NCBI GenBank assembly: GCA_963762335.1 | Contig: CAVXKU010000019.1 | Coordinates: 19,765 to 83,764 of the forward strand | DNA from: an uncultured Alphaproteobacteria bacterium | GTDB taxonomy: Bacteria; Pseudomonadota; Alphaproteobacteria; Rhizobiales; Beijerinckiaceae | Length of the DNA: 64,000 nucleotides | Reading direction: 5' to 3' | Shown: positions 1-11,977 of the stretch, in pieces | Numbering within the stretch: the stretch's first letter is position 1 | How the letters are laid out: each line of letters opens with the position of its first letter | Program-made: the position numbers and the translations under genes | The notes under the pieces: generated by a model | Database searches by the model: none | The model's input: only the letters and a program-made list of their open reading frames with translations | Told to the model about the DNA's origin: nothing

Positions 1-1350
<1,350 letters not shown>

Positions 1351-1462
1351 ACCTTTTTTGCTTCCGCCGCTGTCGAGCCTTCGGCGCCGCGAGCGCCGCT
1401 TGCCGAAAGCGAAGGTAAACACAACTTTGTGTGTTGCGGCCAGCCGCCCGCTTGCGCAGATG

Positions 1463-1478
1463 TCAACAAGCCATTAAC
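1463..1478 (+). promoter_or_regulatory. Near-consensus CtrA box upstream of the sulfotransferase-like gene
   Basis: TCAA-caagcca-TTAAC versus consensus TTAA-N7-TTAAC (one mismatch). Confidence 0.3.
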
Positions 1479-1545
1479 CAATTTGCGACCAGAACAACAA
1501 TGTCTTCCGTTTGGGAATTCGAGGCGAAACGGATGATGCAATGGC

Positions 1546-2895
1546 ATGATTCAATCGTGCCAGGAGGCGGCTCCCTCGCAGGGGAGAGGCGCCTTATCCT
1601 CTCGGGGAGTCGCGCACTTGTTCGTTAGCGTCGGTCATCCAATCACCGACGCCCAATCTTCCAACAGAATCTTGATCGCTGTGCTCGGCATGCATCGCAG
1701 CGGCACATCGAGCGCGGCAGGAGCGCTCGTTCGTCTTGGCGCGGCCCCCCCTCAGCATCTGATAGCGCCGAGCGTCGACAATGAGCGAGGATTTTGGGAA
1801 TCTCGTGTCATTGCGGATCTGAATGACGCCATTCTGGCTGCCTCTGGAAGCGACTGGAAAGACTGGCGCAAATTTGATCTCGCGAAGATCGACGACAAGG
1901 AAGCCGACGCTTTGCGCGTGCGCGCCCAGGCCGCCCTCGCGGACGAATTCGGCGATGTCGGATTTGCGGTCATTAAAGACCCGCGCATGTGCCGGCTCAT
2001 GCCATTCTGGGGTCCGGTGTTCGCGGAGGCGAAATGGTCGGTGCGGGCGCTTCTGCCGATCAGGTCGCCGCTTGAAGTCGGCCAATCTCTCAATTGCCGC
2101 GACGGCATCGGCGCCGCCTCCGGGTGCCTGCTCTGGCTACGCCACGTCCTGGACGCCGAGGCCGAAACCCGTGGCATGGCCCGCGCTGTTCTCGATTGGC
2201 CGCAATTTCTCGGGAACAGTCGGAAGGCGCTCGAGCACGCCACCGAACAACTGGGCGTGATCTGGCCGTACTGGTGTGAAAGCACTCTCGCTGACATCGA
2301 TCAGTTCGTATCGACCGATCTGCGACACCAGCGGGCGAGTGACGCGGATCTGGGGGCGCACCCGGCCGTCAGCGATTTGGTCCGGCGGACCTACGCGGCA
2401 ATGATCGACCTTGTCCGAGACTCGGCTGACGCCAGCGTGCTGAGAAGACTTGATGACCTGCGCGCGGGTTTCGAGACAGCCTCGGCCATTTTTGACGTTC
2501 CCATGCGCGAGGTCAGTGACGAAGTTCGCCGGGTCCGGTCGCAAGCCGCTTCGGAGATCGCCCGAGTCGATCAGCACGGGAACCGAGGCCGCGACGCGAG
2601 GCCCTGGTCTCGTTTCTTTTGGAAAGCGAGGTCCAAGGATCTCGAGTCCATTCGCAATTCGCTATTTTTCAATTCAGCGCACTATCTCAAGGCGAACCCG
2701 GACGTTGTCGCGACGGGGATGGACGCGGCGTTCCACTATCTGGTTCACGGGGGCCGCGAAGGGCGAGATCCTGGACCATTCTTCTCGACCAAAGCCTATC
2801 TCGCCCGATATCCCGATGTCGCCGAAGCCGGGTTGAACGCGCTGCTGCACTACGAAACCCGGGGACGCCAAGAAAACAGGATAGCCCCGGCTTAG
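1546..2895 (+). CDS. Sulfotransferase-family (P-loop) protein with two C-terminal YLxxxPDV...HY...G repeats; start uncertain
   Basis: VLGMHRSGTS PAPS-binding-like motif, NERGFWE, IKDPRMC; C-terminal HYLKANPDV..FHYLVHGGREGRDP and YLARYPDV..LHYETRGRQENR. Confidence 0.75.
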   Translation: MIQSCQEAAPSQGRGALSSRGVAHLFVSVGHPITDAQSSNRILIAVLGMHRSGTSSAAGALVRLGAAPPQHLIAPSVDNERGFWESRVIADLNDAILAASGSDWKDWRKFDLAKIDDKEADALRVRAQAALADEFGDVGFAVIKDPRMCRLMPFWGPVFAEAKWSVRALLPIRSPLEVGQSLNCRDGIGAASGCLLWLRHVLDAEAETRGMARAVLDWPQFLGNSRKALEHATEQLGVIWPYWCESTLADIDQFVSTDLRHQRASDADLGAHPAVSDLVRRTYAAMIDLVRDSADASVLRRLDDLRAGFETASAIFDVPMREVSDEVRRVRSQAASEIARVDQHGNRGRDARPWSRFFWKARSKDLESIRNSLFFNSAHYLKANPDVVATGMDAAFHYLVHGGREGRDPGPFFSTKAYLARYPDVAEAGLNALLHYETRGRQENRIAPA

Positions 2896-4052
2896 CGCCC
2901 ACCGCCGATCTGATCGATCTCGCGGAAGCGGTCGCCGTCGACCTCGTTGACGAAAATGACGGCCGCCGTGTTGTCGCCCTTGGCGTCGAAGGCCTCTGGC
3001 GCCGCGTAGGCGACGCCTTGAAACTTGGTCGCCTTCAGCGCGGCCAGCACACCCGCACGATCCGGGACGCCGCCCTTCTTCGTCGCCGCCGATTCGATGG
3101 CGCTCATCACGACACGCGCGCTGTCATAGGAGCTTGCGGCATAGTTGTTGATCGGCCCGAAGCGGGCCTTGTAGCGCGCGGCGAATTCGACCGAGCCTGG
3201 AACCTTGCCAAGCGCGGGCGCCGCTGAGAGCACGCGGACGCCCTCCCCCGCTGTCGCCGCGCCTTCGGCTGGCTTGATAAAGCTGCCCACGCTCCAGCAG
3301 CCGTCGCCACAGGCGAAAACCTGGTTCAGACCGGCTTTGCGCATGTCCCTGAGGAGGTAGGCGCCTTCCTTGATCCCGCCGAAAAACAGCACGTCGAAGT
3401 CCTTCGGCAATCCCGCGACTTCGGCGGCAAAATCCGTTTGCCCGGCCTTGGCGGTCCAGCGGGTGACGATTGCGCCCCCGGCGGCCGTGAAGCCGCTTGA
3501 GAACTGGTCGGACAGGCCCTTGCCATAGGCCGTGCCGTCATCGACGACCACCGCCGCCTTCTTGCCCATCCTGGCGATGAGCCAGCGCGCGAGACCTGGA
3601 CCCTTGCGGTCGTCGCGATTGGTCAAGCGGAAGACATTCGCCAACCCCTGCTCGGTGATCGCCGGATTGGAGGCCATCGGCGTCACGATGGGCAGGCCGC
3701 AATCCGCGTATATTTTCTCAGTCGCAAGCATGACGCCGCTGTTCACAGGGCCGACGACCGCAAGCACCTGCGGATCGTCGCAAAGGGCCTTGGCGACGGT
3801 CTTTCCTTTCTCCGGGTCCGCCTGGTCGTCGACGACCACCGCGACGATCTTCCCCCCGGACACGCCGCCTGCTGCATTCTGTTCGTCGATCGCGAGATCG
3901 ACCGCCTGGCGCATCTCAACGCCGAAGGTCGCGGAAGGGGTCGTCAGTGGACCAGCGACGCCGATACGGATCTCCTGGCCGGAAAAGTCCGCCGCCCCGG
4001 CCCCGGCCGCAGATCCGAGAGCAATGACAAAAATCGCAGATAATCTGAGCAT
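2892..4052 (-). CDS. Branched-chain amino acid ABC transporter substrate-binding protein (LivJ/LivK family), orphan
   Basis: Signal peptide, IRIGVAGPLT, DDQADP, VVGPVNSG, YGKGL, SYDS. Confidence 0.9.
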   Translation of the reverse strand: MLRLSAIFVIALGSAAGAGAADFSGQEIRIGVAGPLTTPSATFGVEMRQAVDLAIDEQNAAGGVSGGKIVAVVVDDQADPEKGKTVAKALCDDPQVLAVVGPVNSGVMLATEKIYADCGLPIVTPMASNPAITEQGLANVFRLTNRDDRKGPGLARWLIARMGKKAAVVVDDGTAYGKGLSDQFSSGFTAAGGAIVTRWTAKAGQTDFAAEVAGLPKDFDVLFFGGIKEGAYLLRDMRKAGLNQVFACGDGCWSVGSFIKPAEGAATAGEGVRVLSAAPALGKVPGSVEFAARYKARFGPINNYAASSYDSARVVMSAIESAATKKGGVPDRAGVLAALKATKFQGVAYAAPEAFDAKGDNTAAVIFVNEVDGDRFREIDQIGGGR

Positions 4053-4329
4053 ACTAACCTCCCATCAGTCATTTGAAGGTTAGGATATCACGCTCATGGG
4101 CTCAGGCAATGGGGCGCATTCGCCCCCTGGAATCGTCGCGGGCCGAACAGGCGATCCGGGTGAGAAGGTCATACGGGACAGCTTCGAAAACCGCCCCGGC
4201 GGCGTCTTGACCTTCCGCACGATCCGGTTCAGGCAGGCTCCTGTGAACAGTGTGGACTGAACGCGCCGTTTCCGGCGCCGTTTATCGGCTCGTGAGGCGC
4301 GCAACCGCGCTCGAGTTGGGAGGAAACAG

Positions 4330-4689
4330 ATGAAATTATTGATGTCGTTTTGCGCAATGGCGCTGTGTGGCGTCAGCGCAGCGCAAGCTCAGGTCGAGCT
4401 GCACACCTATGCGGACGCGAAGGGCAATCTGGACGTTCAGAAGCTGACCTGCGCCCAGCTCGCCAACACCTTTCAGGAAGACGCCGACTTCATGACCGTC
4501 TGGTACAGCGGCTGGTACAACGGCCTCGCTGGCTACAGCAAGTTGAAGGTCGATCGCGCCAAGGAGCTCGAGCATCGGGTCATCGTCTATTGCAAGGCCA
4601 ATCCGAAGACGAAGGTCATCACGGCGATGGACATCAACATCAAGGCGATGCGCAAGGAACAGGGCATCAAGGTCAACGACGAGAAATAA
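4330..4689 (+). CDS. HdeA/HdeB-family periplasmic acid-stress chaperone-like protein, copy 1
   Basis: RBS GGAGG, signal peptide, LTCAQL...WYSGWY...YCKANP two-Cys motif. Confidence 0.7.
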   Translation: MKLLMSFCAMALCGVSAAQAQVELHTYADAKGNLDVQKLTCAQLANTFQEDADFMTVWYSGWYNGLAGYSKLKVDRAKELEHRVIVYCKANPKTKVITAMDINIKAMRKEQGIKVNDEK

Positions 4690-4769
4690 TTCGCCATGCG
4701 CGCTGGCTGCTCTGCGGACAGCCGACAAAGCGCCTCGTTGAACTCATGAAATCGGAAAGAGAGAAGACA

Positions 4770-5156
4770 ATGGTTGCCTCAAGCACAAGGCTGTCAGCAA
4801 GGCTTGGTCGGGTCGATTTGCGTGTCGCGCTCGTCGCGGCGGCGGGGCTGATCGCGTCCGTTTCGGCCTCGCACGCCCAGGTCGAGTTGAAGACCTACAT
4901 GGACGACAAAGGCTATCTCAATGTGAAGGCGCTCACCTGCGCTCAGCTCGCCAACACCTTCCAGGAAGACGCGGACTTCCTCGGCGCCTGGTACAGCGGC
5001 TGGTGGAACGGCCACCTGAAGCGACATTCCGTCAACGTCACCCGCGCGAAAGAAGGCATCCACGAAGTCATCGTCTATTGCAAAGCCAATCCGGACACCA
5101 AGGTCGTCGACGCGGTCGACGCCTATGTGAAGAAGGTGCAGGCCGGCGGGAAGTAA
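4770..5156 (+). CDS. HdeA/HdeB-family periplasmic chaperone-like protein, copy 2
   Basis: Paralog of 4330-4689, sharing LTCAQLANTFQEDADF...WYSGW...VIVYCKANP.TKV. Confidence 0.7.
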   Translation: MVASSTRLSARLGRVDLRVALVAAAGLIASVSASHAQVELKTYMDDKGYLNVKALTCAQLANTFQEDADFLGAWYSGWWNGHLKRHSVNVTRAKEGIHEVIVYCKANPDTKVVDAVDAYVKKVQAGGK

Positions 5157-5167
5157 GCAACGACCAA

Positions 5168-5197
5168 CCGGCGGCGCTTCATAACAAACGCCGCCGG
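5168..5197 (+). terminator. Hairpin after the hdeA-like pair
   Basis: CCGGCGGCG-N-CGCCGCCGG stem; no U-tract. Confidence 0.35.
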
Positions 5198-5271
5198 GAC
5201 GTGAAGAGAGCGGGCCGCCGCAGCACGGCGTGCGGGTTGCGCAGCGCGGCTCGACCTCCTAGCTGAGAGGC

Positions 5272-7348
5272 ATGAGCCCCAACTCCCCGACGACCCCCTC
5301 GCTTACCGACACGAACCCGCTTCTCGAACCCTGGAGCGGGCCGTTCGAGGCGCCGCCGTTCGACCGCTTCGAGCCTGGCCATTTCCTCCCGGCGTTCGAG
5401 GTCGCGATCCAGGGAGCGCGATCGGAGATCGACGCGATCGCCAACGATCCAGCGTCGCCGACCTTCGCCAATACGATCGAGGCGCTCGAGCGCAGCGGGC
5501 GCAGCCTCGACAAAGTGGCGGGCGTCTTTTTCAATCTCGCGGGCGCGGCGACCAATGATGAACTGCAGGCCATCGAGCGCTCGATCGCGCCGGTGCTGGC
5601 GCGCCATCGCAACGCGATCTATCTGAACGAGGCGCTGTTCAAGCGCGTCGACGCCCTCCACCGCGACAAAGACAAGCTCGGACTCTCCGCCGAACAGGCG
5701 CGGGTGCTCGATCGCTATCATCTCGATTTCACCCGCGCCGGAGCGGCCGCAGCGCCCGAGGCCAAGGCGCGACTGGCGGCGATCGCCGAGCGGCTCGCGA
5801 CGCTGGCCGCACAGTTCGGCCAGAACGTGCTCAAGGACGAAAAAGACTGGCTCATGTTGCTCGATGAGGGCGATCTCGACGGCCTGCCGGATTTCTTCAT
5901 CGCCAGCGCCGCGCGCATTGCCGCCGATCGGGGCCATCCCGGCAAATACGCGGTCACCTTGTCGCGGTCGAGCATCGAGCCGTTCCTGCAATTTTCGGCA
6001 AGGCGCGACCTCCGCGAGACCGCCTTTCGCGCCTGGACGGCGCGAGGCGAAAACGGCGGCGGCGCCGACAATCGCGCCATCGCCGCCGAACTGGTGAGCC
6101 TCAGGGCCGAGCGCGCGCGACTGTTGGGCTACGAAACTTACGCCCACTACCGCCTGGCCGACACGATGGCGAAAACGCCGCGCGCGGCGCTCGCTCTCCT
6201 CGAGTTCGGTCTGGGCGCCGGGCGTGGCCAGCGCACGAAAGGATGAAGAGGCCCTGCAGGCGATCGCAACCCGCGAGGGCGGCAACTTCAAACTCGCGCC
6301 CTGGGATTGGCGCTATCTGGCCGAGAAACGGCGCAAGGCTGAGTTCGACTTCGACGAGGGCGAGCTCAAACCCTATCTGCAGCTCGACCGTATCATCGAG
6401 GCGGCCTTCCACGCCGCGAGCCGCCTGTTCGGCGTCAGCTTCGCCGAACGGTTCGACCTCAAGCTTTATCATCCCGACGTTCGCGCCTGGACAATGACCG
6501 GACCCGACGGCGAAGCAAAGGCGCTGTTTTTGGGCGACTATTTCGCGAGGCCTTCAAAGCGAAGCGGCGCCTGGATGAGCGGTTTCCGCAGCCAGCAGAA
6601 GCTCGACGGGCCGCAATTGCCGATCGTGGTCAACGTGATGAATTTCGCCAAGGGAGGCGAAGGCGAGGCCAGTCTCCTGAGCATCGACGATGCGCGAACG
6701 CTCTTTCACGAATTCGGCCACGCGCTGCATGGAATGCTGTCCGACGTCGTCTATCCGCGCATTTCCGGCACCCATGTCGCCGGGGACTTCGTCGAGTTTC
6801 CCTCGCAGGTCTTCGAACATTGGATTCAGCAGCCGGAGATGCTGCGCCGCTTTGCGCTCCACTACAAAACCGGCGAGCCGATGCCCGAGGCGCTCATCAC
6901 CAAGCTTCTCAACGCGCGGCGGTTCAATCAGGGCTGGGCGACGGTCGAATACACCGCCTCCGCGCTGGTCGACTTGAAGCTCCATCTGGATCCGTCGCCC
7001 GAAGAGGTCGACGTGGTGGCGTTTGAGCGCGAGGAGCTCAAGCGGATCGGCATGCCGGAAGCGATCACGATGCGGCATCGCACGCCGCACTTCCAGCATA
7101 TCTTCTCGGGCGGCTACTCGGCTGCTTACTACAGCTATCTGTGGTCGGAGGTTCTCGACGCCGACGGCTTCGAAGCGTTCGAAGAGAGCGGCGACATCTT
7201 CGACCCCGCGATCGCCAAGCGCCTCAATGATTTCGTCTACGCGGCGGGGGGCAGTCGCGACTATGATGAGGCGTATCGCGCCTTTCGCGGCCGGGCGCCG
7301 TCGCCCGAAGCGTTGTTCCGCAAGCGGGGATTGATCAGCGCGACTTAA
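5272..7348 (+). CDS. dcp: Peptidyl-dipeptidase Dcp (M3 metallopeptidase), split by a frameshift near 6205
   Basis: NPLL...PPF N-terminus, TLFHEFGHALHGML zincin motif, DFVEFPSQ, HIFSGGYSAAYYSYLWSEV; ORFs 5272-6246 and 6224-7348. Confidence 0.93.
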
Positions 7349-7372
7349 GCGGGCCGATTGCGGGCCCGCGCC

Positions 7373-8524
7373 CTACATCTTGGCGACGACTGCGAGCTTC
7401 TTGATCTGCCCGTTCTGGTAAGCCCTTAAGAAAGCCTGGTAGTCCTTGAACGACACGCAGCCGTTCGAGTCGCCGTTGGGGCCGAGCATGAATGGGTGCG
7501 CCAGCAAACCGCCGCGGCCGTAAATCCCGCCATCTCCGACTGGGTTGAGGCGCAAAGCCTGCACGCCATGGAACAGGGATTCCCGCAACGTCAGCTCGTA
7601 GACATGCGGCGGTGTCGGGCCCACCGCGCGCTCGGCCACATAGCGCGGATTGTCGAGCGCCTGACCCAGACCCGAATGGGCTTCGAGGCGGGTCCCGTCC
7701 GGGAGATAAACGACACGGGCCGAGATATCATAGACTGCGGTGTACCGATCGTAACCGGAGACAGGCGAGGGGGCCGAGCCTCCGAACGGCGACGGGAAGC
7801 TGAACAACGGGCCTCTTGCGAGCCCGCCGGCTGACTCTCTCTCTCGTTGCTCTGCAACAACCGCCTGCCCGGTCGTGCGCGCCGAGGTGGTGGAGGCGAC
7901 GACCGGTGAAGAGGGGTGCGCCCATCCGAACATTTTCTCGAAAACGTTGCGATTGTCCGGTTGCGCGGCGGGGCGAGCGACAGCCACATCCGGGCGGGTC
8001 ACGCGCCTTTCCGGCGCCTGAGATTGGGTGGGAGCGCCTAACTCGGACGGGCGAGCCGGCGGCATCGGGAAGCTTTCCGTCTCACCGATTTCGGGAAGGT
8101 CGCGCGTCGGAGGCAGTGGCAGGCTGCCCGCTGGCGGGATCACCGAGACCGGAGGGGCGGGAAAAGGCTCAAGGCTTGGCAGCGGCATCGGCGCAGAAGG
8201 AACGCGCGGAGCGATTTCGAGGCTCGCCACCTGGGGCGCTGCAGTTGGGAGGGGCGCCTTCAATTGGCTGAGCAAGTTGGCGTCGATGGCGATGTCGCCG
8301 AAGGGTCTGGAAAAGGCGACCGTCGGCGCAGCGGTTGTGGCCGCCGTCCATCGGGAGAAGACCGCCTCGTGAGCGATCGGCCCGAGCCAGTGCAGCGCCC
8401 AGACGCTGGCAGCCCCGGCGAGAGCCAAAACGGCCACGCGGGGAACAAATTTACCAAGAACCCGTTGAGGACTAGCCCCGCCCTCAAACGAAAGGTCGTC
8501 GAATGTCGCCTCGATGCCCTGCAT
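7373..8524 (-). CDS. DUF2778 (Tlde1-like, L,D-transpeptidase fold) domain protein with N-terminal TM segment and Pro-rich linker
   Basis: AVYDISARVVYLPDGTRLEAHSGLG, GPTPPHVY, GRGGLLAHPFMLGPNGDSNGCVSF. Confidence 0.85.
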   Translation of the reverse strand: MQGIEATFDDLSFEGGASPQRVLGKFVPRVAVLALAGAASVWALHWLGPIAHEAVFSRWTAATTAAPTVAFSRPFGDIAIDANLLSQLKAPLPTAAPQVASLEIAPRVPSAPMPLPSLEPFPAPPVSVIPPAGSLPLPPTRDLPEIGETESFPMPPARPSELGAPTQSQAPERRVTRPDVAVARPAAQPDNRNVFEKMFGWAHPSSPVVASTTSARTTGQAVVAEQRERESAGGLARGPLFSFPSPFGGSAPSPVSGYDRYTAVYDISARVVYLPDGTRLEAHSGLGQALDNPRYVAERAVGPTPPHVYELTLRESLFHGVQALRLNPVGDGGIYGRGGLLAHPFMLGPNGDSNGCVSFKDYQAFLRAYQNGQIKKLAVVAKM

Positions 8525-8576
8525 CCCTAGCCCTACGCCTACGCTTGCCCAATTGAATCAAAATAGAGCGTACGCG

Positions 8577-8592
8577 TTGAGCCTTTCTTAAC
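8577..8592 (-). promoter_or_regulatory. Near-consensus CtrA box upstream of the DUF2778 gene
   Basis: TTGA-gcctttc-TTAAC about 55 bp upstream of the start. Confidence 0.35.
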
Positions 8593-9171
8593 GCAGTCCG
8601 CCAATGGAGGCTAGCCGCCCCGAGGCCTTCTCCAGTGGCTTAATTTTCCATTTTTTCAATGTGTTGCACGGTGGCAACGCGTGGCTTTGCGCGTCTCAAT
8701 CAGTCGAGCCTCCGACCGTGTAACTTACTGAGAACTCTCATTCTCGGAGGGTAAACGCGGCATCTGCACTCTGGGCCGAGCCTCTGCGTTTGGATGCATC
8801 GGGAACTGGGCCGGCTCCGCACACTCTTTGCCTCTGAAGATCACCGGACGACTCTTGGGCAGCGACGACCACAGCTTCACTTTTTCCAAGGAATGAATGA
8901 TTTCAGAGCTTTACAGATGATTTCCGTTTCGGCTTGACGCTCATCGCACCCTTAAAAATCTGCGGGGAAACGGCTGGCAAGGAGCATGCGGCTCTGGCAT
9001 TTGACTAAATATTTCTCTATTACAGAAATATGAAATTCTATTTCTAAATATTCTGACGCGGTAGCGCGCCATGAAACGGGACGACGGCAAAGCGCAATCT
9101 AACGCTCGTCGGGTCGTTCGAACCGCCGACAGTGTACCGCCGGCCCTGCACGGCGTCTCGGCGTTGAGCCT

Positions 9172-10462
9172 TCAAGTCCGCGGCGTTGGCCGCAGGCCAA
9201 CTCTCTCGTCCAGAAGCGCGCGCGCCAAGCTCCGCTGTCCCGAACGTTCGGCGGCCGCGATCAGCGTCAGGTTGACAATGTCCCGCTGGGCGTGACTGCC
9301 GCCAATGCGAACCACATCCTTACGGACAGGAAGGATCGCCTCGACAGCGCCCGCATAGTTTTCGGCGGCGAACGCCAGCACGCCGTCGATGAGGCGTCGG
9401 CCGACTTCGGTGGTCACGCGTCGATTGTCGCCGGAGCCTAGCCGCTCATACTCGGCCAGCGAGCGGGTGAAACGAACCACATGATCGGGATCTGGCGAGC
9501 GCGCGGCGGCGAAGGCGCAATGGAGATCGTTGAAGGCGAGCAGATGATCGTCGACATGCGCCATCCACGTGCTTGCGACGGGCGCCCAGCCGGTCGCCGA
9601 CATCGATCCCCGCAAGTTCGAGCCGCCACAGCAGCGAAGCGGCGTCGATACGGTCGAGCGTTGCGTCATCGGCGAGCTTCGGCGCGGTGAAGCGGTCGTA
9701 GTCGGCGAGAATTTCGTCGAACCGGCCCTGCTCGATCAGAAAAAGCGCGAGATGCCAGCCGTTATGATGGGCCATGAAATGGGCGGGCGCCCAATCCGTT
9801 CGCGTCGACTTGAGAAAGGCGACGCCTTCCTCATGCCGGTTCGCGGTCTCCATTACGTGCGCCAGAGCATGCGTCGCCCAGGCGTCGCGTGGATTGCGAG
9901 CCAGCGCCTCGCGGCCAAAGTCCTCGGCTTGGCTGAGGTCGCCCGTTTCCTCGAGCCCGAAAGCATAAAGCCCGAGGACGAAGCTCGCGAGCGGATTGTC
10001 GCGATCCCAGGCCGGCAACACGCGAGCGGCGCAGTCGCGGATGGCGACCGAACGGCCAAGGAAAAAATAGGCGTCCTGCGCGAGGCGCAAAGCGAGCGCG
10101 TCGGTGGGGCAATCGGCCAGGATCGCCTCCCATCCGCGGATCGCTTGCGAGGTCTCACCCTGCGCCCAGGCCTTTGCAGCCGCAAGATGGCGCCGCTCGC
10201 GCTCCGAGGCGCGGCCGATCGCCGCTTCAGCCGCGCGGAGCGCGCTCACGACGGCCGGATGATCGCCGCGATAGCCGCCGATCATGGAGAGCGACGCGAT
10301 CGCGACCCCGCCCAGCGCAAAGCCGGGGTCGCGCTCAAGCGCAGATCTGAGCACGCCGACCGGATCGCCGGTCAGCCCGTAATAGTCGGCGATTGCGCGG
10401 TCGAACGCCGCCGCCGACTCGGCCGCGCCAGCGAGCGCCAGCCCCTGCTGGTCTCTGGCCAT
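9172..10462 (-). CDS. Tetratricopeptide repeat protein, TTC38-like; frameshift near 9585
   Basis: AFGLEE, DAWATHALAHV, HNGWHLALF, DAASLLWRL, GGSHAQRD. Confidence 0.85.
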
Positions 10463-10638
10463 CGATCGATCCCTTGACGTCACGAAGCTCGCGACGCGGT
10501 GACGATAACGCCAGCGGAGCGGCGCCGGAACCCCGCGTCAGCTCGCGCTTGTCGCCGCATTTGATGTGGCGTTCTCTTTCTGCATCGCCCGACCGTCACT
10601 ACATGACTGGACCTGAGGCAAAGCCAAAGGATCGGCCA

Positions 10639-11484
10639 ATGAAGGGCAAGACCATCGTCGCCACCGGCGCGACGTCCGGCATTGGCGAAGCCGCGGTCCT
10701 CGAGCTTGCCGGGTTGGGCGCTCGTATCGTCATCATTGCGCGGGACGAAGCGCGCGCAAAAGCCACGCTGCGGAAGCTCGAGGCGAAAGCGCCCGGGCTC
10801 GGCCATCGCGTGCATCTCGCGGATCTCTCGAGCATGGCCGAAACGCGCAAGGTCGGGGCGAAGATCGCCGCGAGCGAGCCGCGCATCGACGTGCTCATCA
10901 ACAATGCCGGCGCCCTTTTCTCCAGTAGGCGCGTGACGCCCGAAGGCCTCGAACTCACCTTCGCCCTCAACCACATGGCCTATTTTGTGCTGACCGAAGC
11001 GCTGCGTGACAAACTGATCGCCTCGGCGCCGTCACGGATCGTCTCCACCTCATCGACAGCGCATCAGGGGGCAAGCCTCGATTTCAGCGACTTGCAGAGC
11101 GCCAAAGGCTACGGCGGCCTCAAGGTCTATGGCCGCTCGAAGCTCGCCAACGTCCTGTTCACCCGCGAACTCGCCCGACTCCTGGCTGGCACGGAAGTCA
11201 CGGCCAACTGCCTCCATCCCGGAGTCGTCTCGACCCGGTTCGGCGAATCGAGCGGCGGCTTCGCCGGCCTTTTGATCCCCTTCCTCAGGCCGTTCTTCAT
11301 CTCGGCCGAGAAGGGCGCCGACACGATCGTTTATCTCGCGTCCTCGCCGGAGGTCGAAACGACGACCGGTCAATACTTCGTGAAGCGGAAGGTGACCGAA
11401 CCGTCCGCGGCGGCGCGCGACGATGCGGCGGCGAAGCGGCTATGGATCGAGAGCGAGAGGCTTTGCGGGAGCGCGGGGAGGTGA
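10639..11484 (+). CDS. Short-chain dehydrogenase (retinol dehydrogenase-like SDR)
   Basis: TGATSGIG, LINNAG, YGRSKLAN, LHPGVV. Confidence 0.92.
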   Translation: MKGKTIVATGATSGIGEAAVLELAGLGARIVIIARDEARAKATLRKLEAKAPGLGHRVHLADLSSMAETRKVGAKIAASEPRIDVLINNAGALFSSRRVTPEGLELTFALNHMAYFVLTEALRDKLIASAPSRIVSTSSTAHQGASLDFSDLQSAKGYGGLKVYGRSKLANVLFTRELARLLAGTEVTANCLHPGVVSTRFGESSGGFAGLLIPFLRPFFISAEKGADTIVYLASSPEVETTTGQYFVKRKVTEPSAAARDDAAAKRLWIESERLCGSAGR

Positions 11485-11493
11485 AAGAGGGTC

Positions 11494-11871
11494 CTACCGT
11501 TTCGGAAGTTCGGGCTTGACCAACGACCGCACGGCTGAAGGGACGAATTCCTCCGGCACACGACGAATGGTTCGCGACTCACCGTCCACCATGCCGGTGA
11601 TGTCGTACTTGGTTGAATCCGAACGGGAAGGAGGAGGCAAAGCCCCCTTCGTCTGCATGAGCTTCTGGATTTTGGCCTGATCTTCGGAGGACAGCGTATT
11701 CAGGCGAAACTGCACCGGCGCGCTGCTGGTGTTCGTGATCCCGCCGCCTACTTGGACAATGGTCATTGCGTCGTGATCGGTCACTTTGGCATCCCGAGCA
11801 GTCAAAGTTGCGCGGTCCGACCCGGCATTGGCCACAGCAACGCTTAGGACGCCCGCTATGACGCAAGCCAT
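11494..11871 (-). CDS. Protealysin inhibitor (emfourin)-like protein; start uncertain
   Basis: Directly downstream of an M4 protease; IVQVGGG...LNTLSSEDQAKIQKL...SD.TKYDIT resembles the emfourin pattern. Confidence 0.6.
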   Translation of the reverse strand: MACVIAGVLSVAVANAGSDRATLTARDAKVTDHDAMTIVQVGGGITNTSSAPVQFRLNTLSSEDQAKIQKLMQTKGALPPPSRSDSTKYDITGMVDGESRTIRRVPEEFVPSAVRSLVKPELPKR

Positions 11872-11977
11872 AGCCCAAGCCAGGAACCGTCGCTCCACTT
11901 TCCTAGCACATTTGGACCGAGAGACGGAAGGATCCGTCGCGACACGAATCCCTCCAGGGCGACACGGGGTCGCGGAG

